NCBI GenBank assembly: GCA_012295275.1
Contig: CM022669.1
Location: forward strand, 16,058,001 to 16,122,000
Length of the DNA stretch: 64,000 nt
Direction: 5' to 3'
DNA from: Chrysomallon squamiferum
Taxonomy: Eukaryota > Animalia > Mollusca
The notes beneath the pieces were generated by a model. It saw nothing but the letters and a program-made list of their open reading frames with translations, did no database searches and was not told the origin of the DNA. Below, piece by piece: positions 61,266-64,000 of the stretch (positions are counted from its first letter, which is position 1; every line of letters begins with the position of its first letter). A program made the translations under genes and the position numbers.

Positions 61266-62048
61266 TGTTTGATTCCTGCGAAACTGTAATCGGTTACAGA
61301 AAGGGCTTTTTTATTTATTTTCTATTATTAGTCTTTATTTTTCTCTGTATTGTCAAGCAGTTATCCAAATTACCATAAACAACATAGCCTGTTGTTATCA
61401 AACATAAACAACACACTTTTAACTTATAAAATAAAAAGAAATTGTAAACTATTGTTTATTATATAAAAATCCGAGGGCTGAATCGATTCAGCTCTTAATC
61501 CATTATAAGCGAACACGACAATAGAATGTTTCTATTTTTAGGTTGTTATACACTCAGAAATCACGTTTCTGCAATGCTTAACAAAAGTGAACTAGCCAAG
61601 CTCCTCATGTTCAATAATTCAGTATGAAATTGTTATTTTATGACATTTTTTTCTTTTGGTGTAAATCGAATGAGAGGAAAATATATAATTTTACAACTTA
61701 CGTAACAACGAACAGATTTACACTGATGTCATAATGTTAAATAAACAAAAGCTGATGACGTCAACAGTTTTGATGTCACATGGTATTATTATGGCGAAGA
61801 TGACTATTACTACTATTACTACTTCTGTTACTAGTACTATTTTGCTCTATCGTGTGACTGAGTTGAAAAGTCTTTCGAAAGGTAAAGCGAATGAATATAA
61901 CGAGATGGCGAAGACAACTTACATAACCAACTAGCACTTACGTCCATCCTTATGACAGCGCCAAACAATAAATAGTCTAGAATTTATTACCTAGTTTGTT
62001 GTTTTTTGTTGTTGTTGTTTTTTTGTTTGTTTATTATTATTATTATTA

Positions 62049-62083
<35 letters not shown>

Positions 62084-63930
62084 TTTTTTCTTTTTTCTAA
62101 TGCATCTTATTAATTATAATGACAGCTACAAAACAGGACTAGACTAGTAACATCAATTATTAATTTTGGTTATAAATTTTGATTACTAACTACCATTTCC
62201 TTGTACGGTATTTTTCATACAAACGATGCAGGACATCGAGGACAAGGTATTTACATAACAGGATCGTCTTACAAAAGCTTATGTTCAGATACACATATCT
62301 GAAATAATATCTGTTTACAAACTGCCGCGTGATTAACCTTGAACCAAAAACTACTGTAAGTGTATTACCGGCAGAGCTCCATTGAACACTGAACAATGAA
62401 CACGAATGATGAACAATGAACATGAACGCCTCCTGTGAATTAAAAGAGAAATGGTTCCAGATATCATTAAATGAAACAAAAATAATTTGCATAGAATAAT
62501 TTGTTAAAAAGGATAAATATACGAAACATTCAAATATATTTTCATCCGAATTAATCATCCACGCATGTTCATTTTAAATTTGGTATTGTATATCTGTAAT
62601 ACATTCTTCTCTACACTGTAAACCTACAGTTTTGGGGAATAAATCCATCGTTAAATTCATTGTTATTGTGTAAAATCATCAACATGTTTGCTCCGGCTAA
62701 ATGTAGAAAATGCAATTTTAAAATGTGTTTTTTATATTTGAAATTAACACCTATTTGAATTAATTTTCCTAACGTGTCACACATATTTGTTGTATATAAA
62801 AATAAAAAAAATAAAATAAAAAAAAAAAAAAAAAAAAAAATAAATAAATAAATAAAAAAAACAAAAAAAAACAAGTATCTAATTACTTTACTATAGAGTT
62901 AAATATTTAATATTATCAGTATGTGTTTCCTTTCAATTCAACGACCCTTTACTTAACACAATCACACAGGCCCCGAACGAGCTTAATCTGATCATGAAGC
63001 TTTATATCAGTTAGTAAAACCAAATAAATAAATAAATAAATAAAACAGAAAACGATAACAACAAAAACAACAAAAGCAACAACAATAATGATAACTGAAG
63101 AAATGAGTTCTTTCATTATCTGACTGGACATTAGATTTTGTTGTTGTTGTTATTATTAATATTATTATTATTATTATTATTATTGCTCTGTTGAGATTTT
63201 TAAATTTAATTTTGTAATTTTAATTAACGAATATACGATTCATCGCTCTCTGTCACAAAATATTAATTAGGTGTAATTAATTATACACGAACAACAGTCA
63301 GAGGTCTAAGATTTTCTCTCTCTGAACACCGATAGAAAAAAGTCTTCGTTATCGACAAACAGTAAGCTACAAACATGGACATAAGCTACAAACATGGACA
63401 TATTCAATTCTACAGTCCAGTTAAAGAGTCTACTTCTTGTTAGGTGTACAGATTCGTTTATAGCAAGGTCCATTTTAATTAATTTCCTGATCTCTAGAAC
63501 AAAATCTTCAAATGAAGAGATAGCAGACATTTGCAGAGAATTCAATAAAAACTATGCTGAAAATGAATAACTGAATAACGGAATAAAATGGTGCAAAACA
63601 GTGAAACATTATTTTACTGTTTAAACTCATTTGATTTTTATTCATCCAAATGGAATGTAAAATAAATAAATAAATAATAAACAGATAAATATTCTAAATC
63701 AGTTATTCTTTATAAACACGCAGTTAGTTCATTTGTTTTAAAAAAAAAAATAAAATAAAATAAAAATAAATAAAAAATAAAACAAACAAATAAAAAAATC
63801 ACTTATTCTTATTTATTTGTTAGTTCGTAAATTTAAAAATAACAACAAAAAAAACGTACTAAGAAAATATTAAAAATAAAAAACAAACAAATAAAAATAT
63901 CAGAATTAATATTTCATAATCATATGAATA

Positions 63931-63983
<53 letters not shown>

Positions 63984-64000
63984 GTTTTTTTATTTATTTA

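Overview
AT-rich, microsatellite-dense animal genomic DNA, probably an invertebrate; a lophotrochozoan such as a mollusc is my guess, not something the sequence shows. Three protein-coding genes can be rebuilt from splice sites and reading frame. (1) ZFR, zinc finger RNA-binding protein (+ strand, 21 coding exons, 17912-32208, ~952 aa, three C2H2 dsRNA-binding fingers plus a DZF domain). (2) A RASL12-like small GTPase (- strand, 5 coding exons, 51666-34748, 238 aa), convergent with ZFR. (3) A GT10 alpha-1,3-fucosyltransferase with a single coding exon (- strand, 60788-59658). The main unexplained signal lies in the ZFR intron that splits the DZF domain (25500-27482). A GC-rich candidate stop-codon (poison) exon at 26381-~26460 is complementary, in three colinear blocks of 13+6+9 bp, to a structured element ~950 nt downstream just before the next exon's 3' splice site. 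This forms a predicted long-range three-way RNA junction among several competing acceptors, and is a candidate dsRNA-based autoregulatory splicing switch for a dsRNA-binding splicing/editing regulator. Also seen: a permuted inverted duplication around CT/AT/AG microsatellites (4677-6103), a diverged duplicated element near the left end, and degenerate SINE-like, Tc1-like and dispersed repeat remnants. Most ORFs in the supplied track are microsatellite artefacts.
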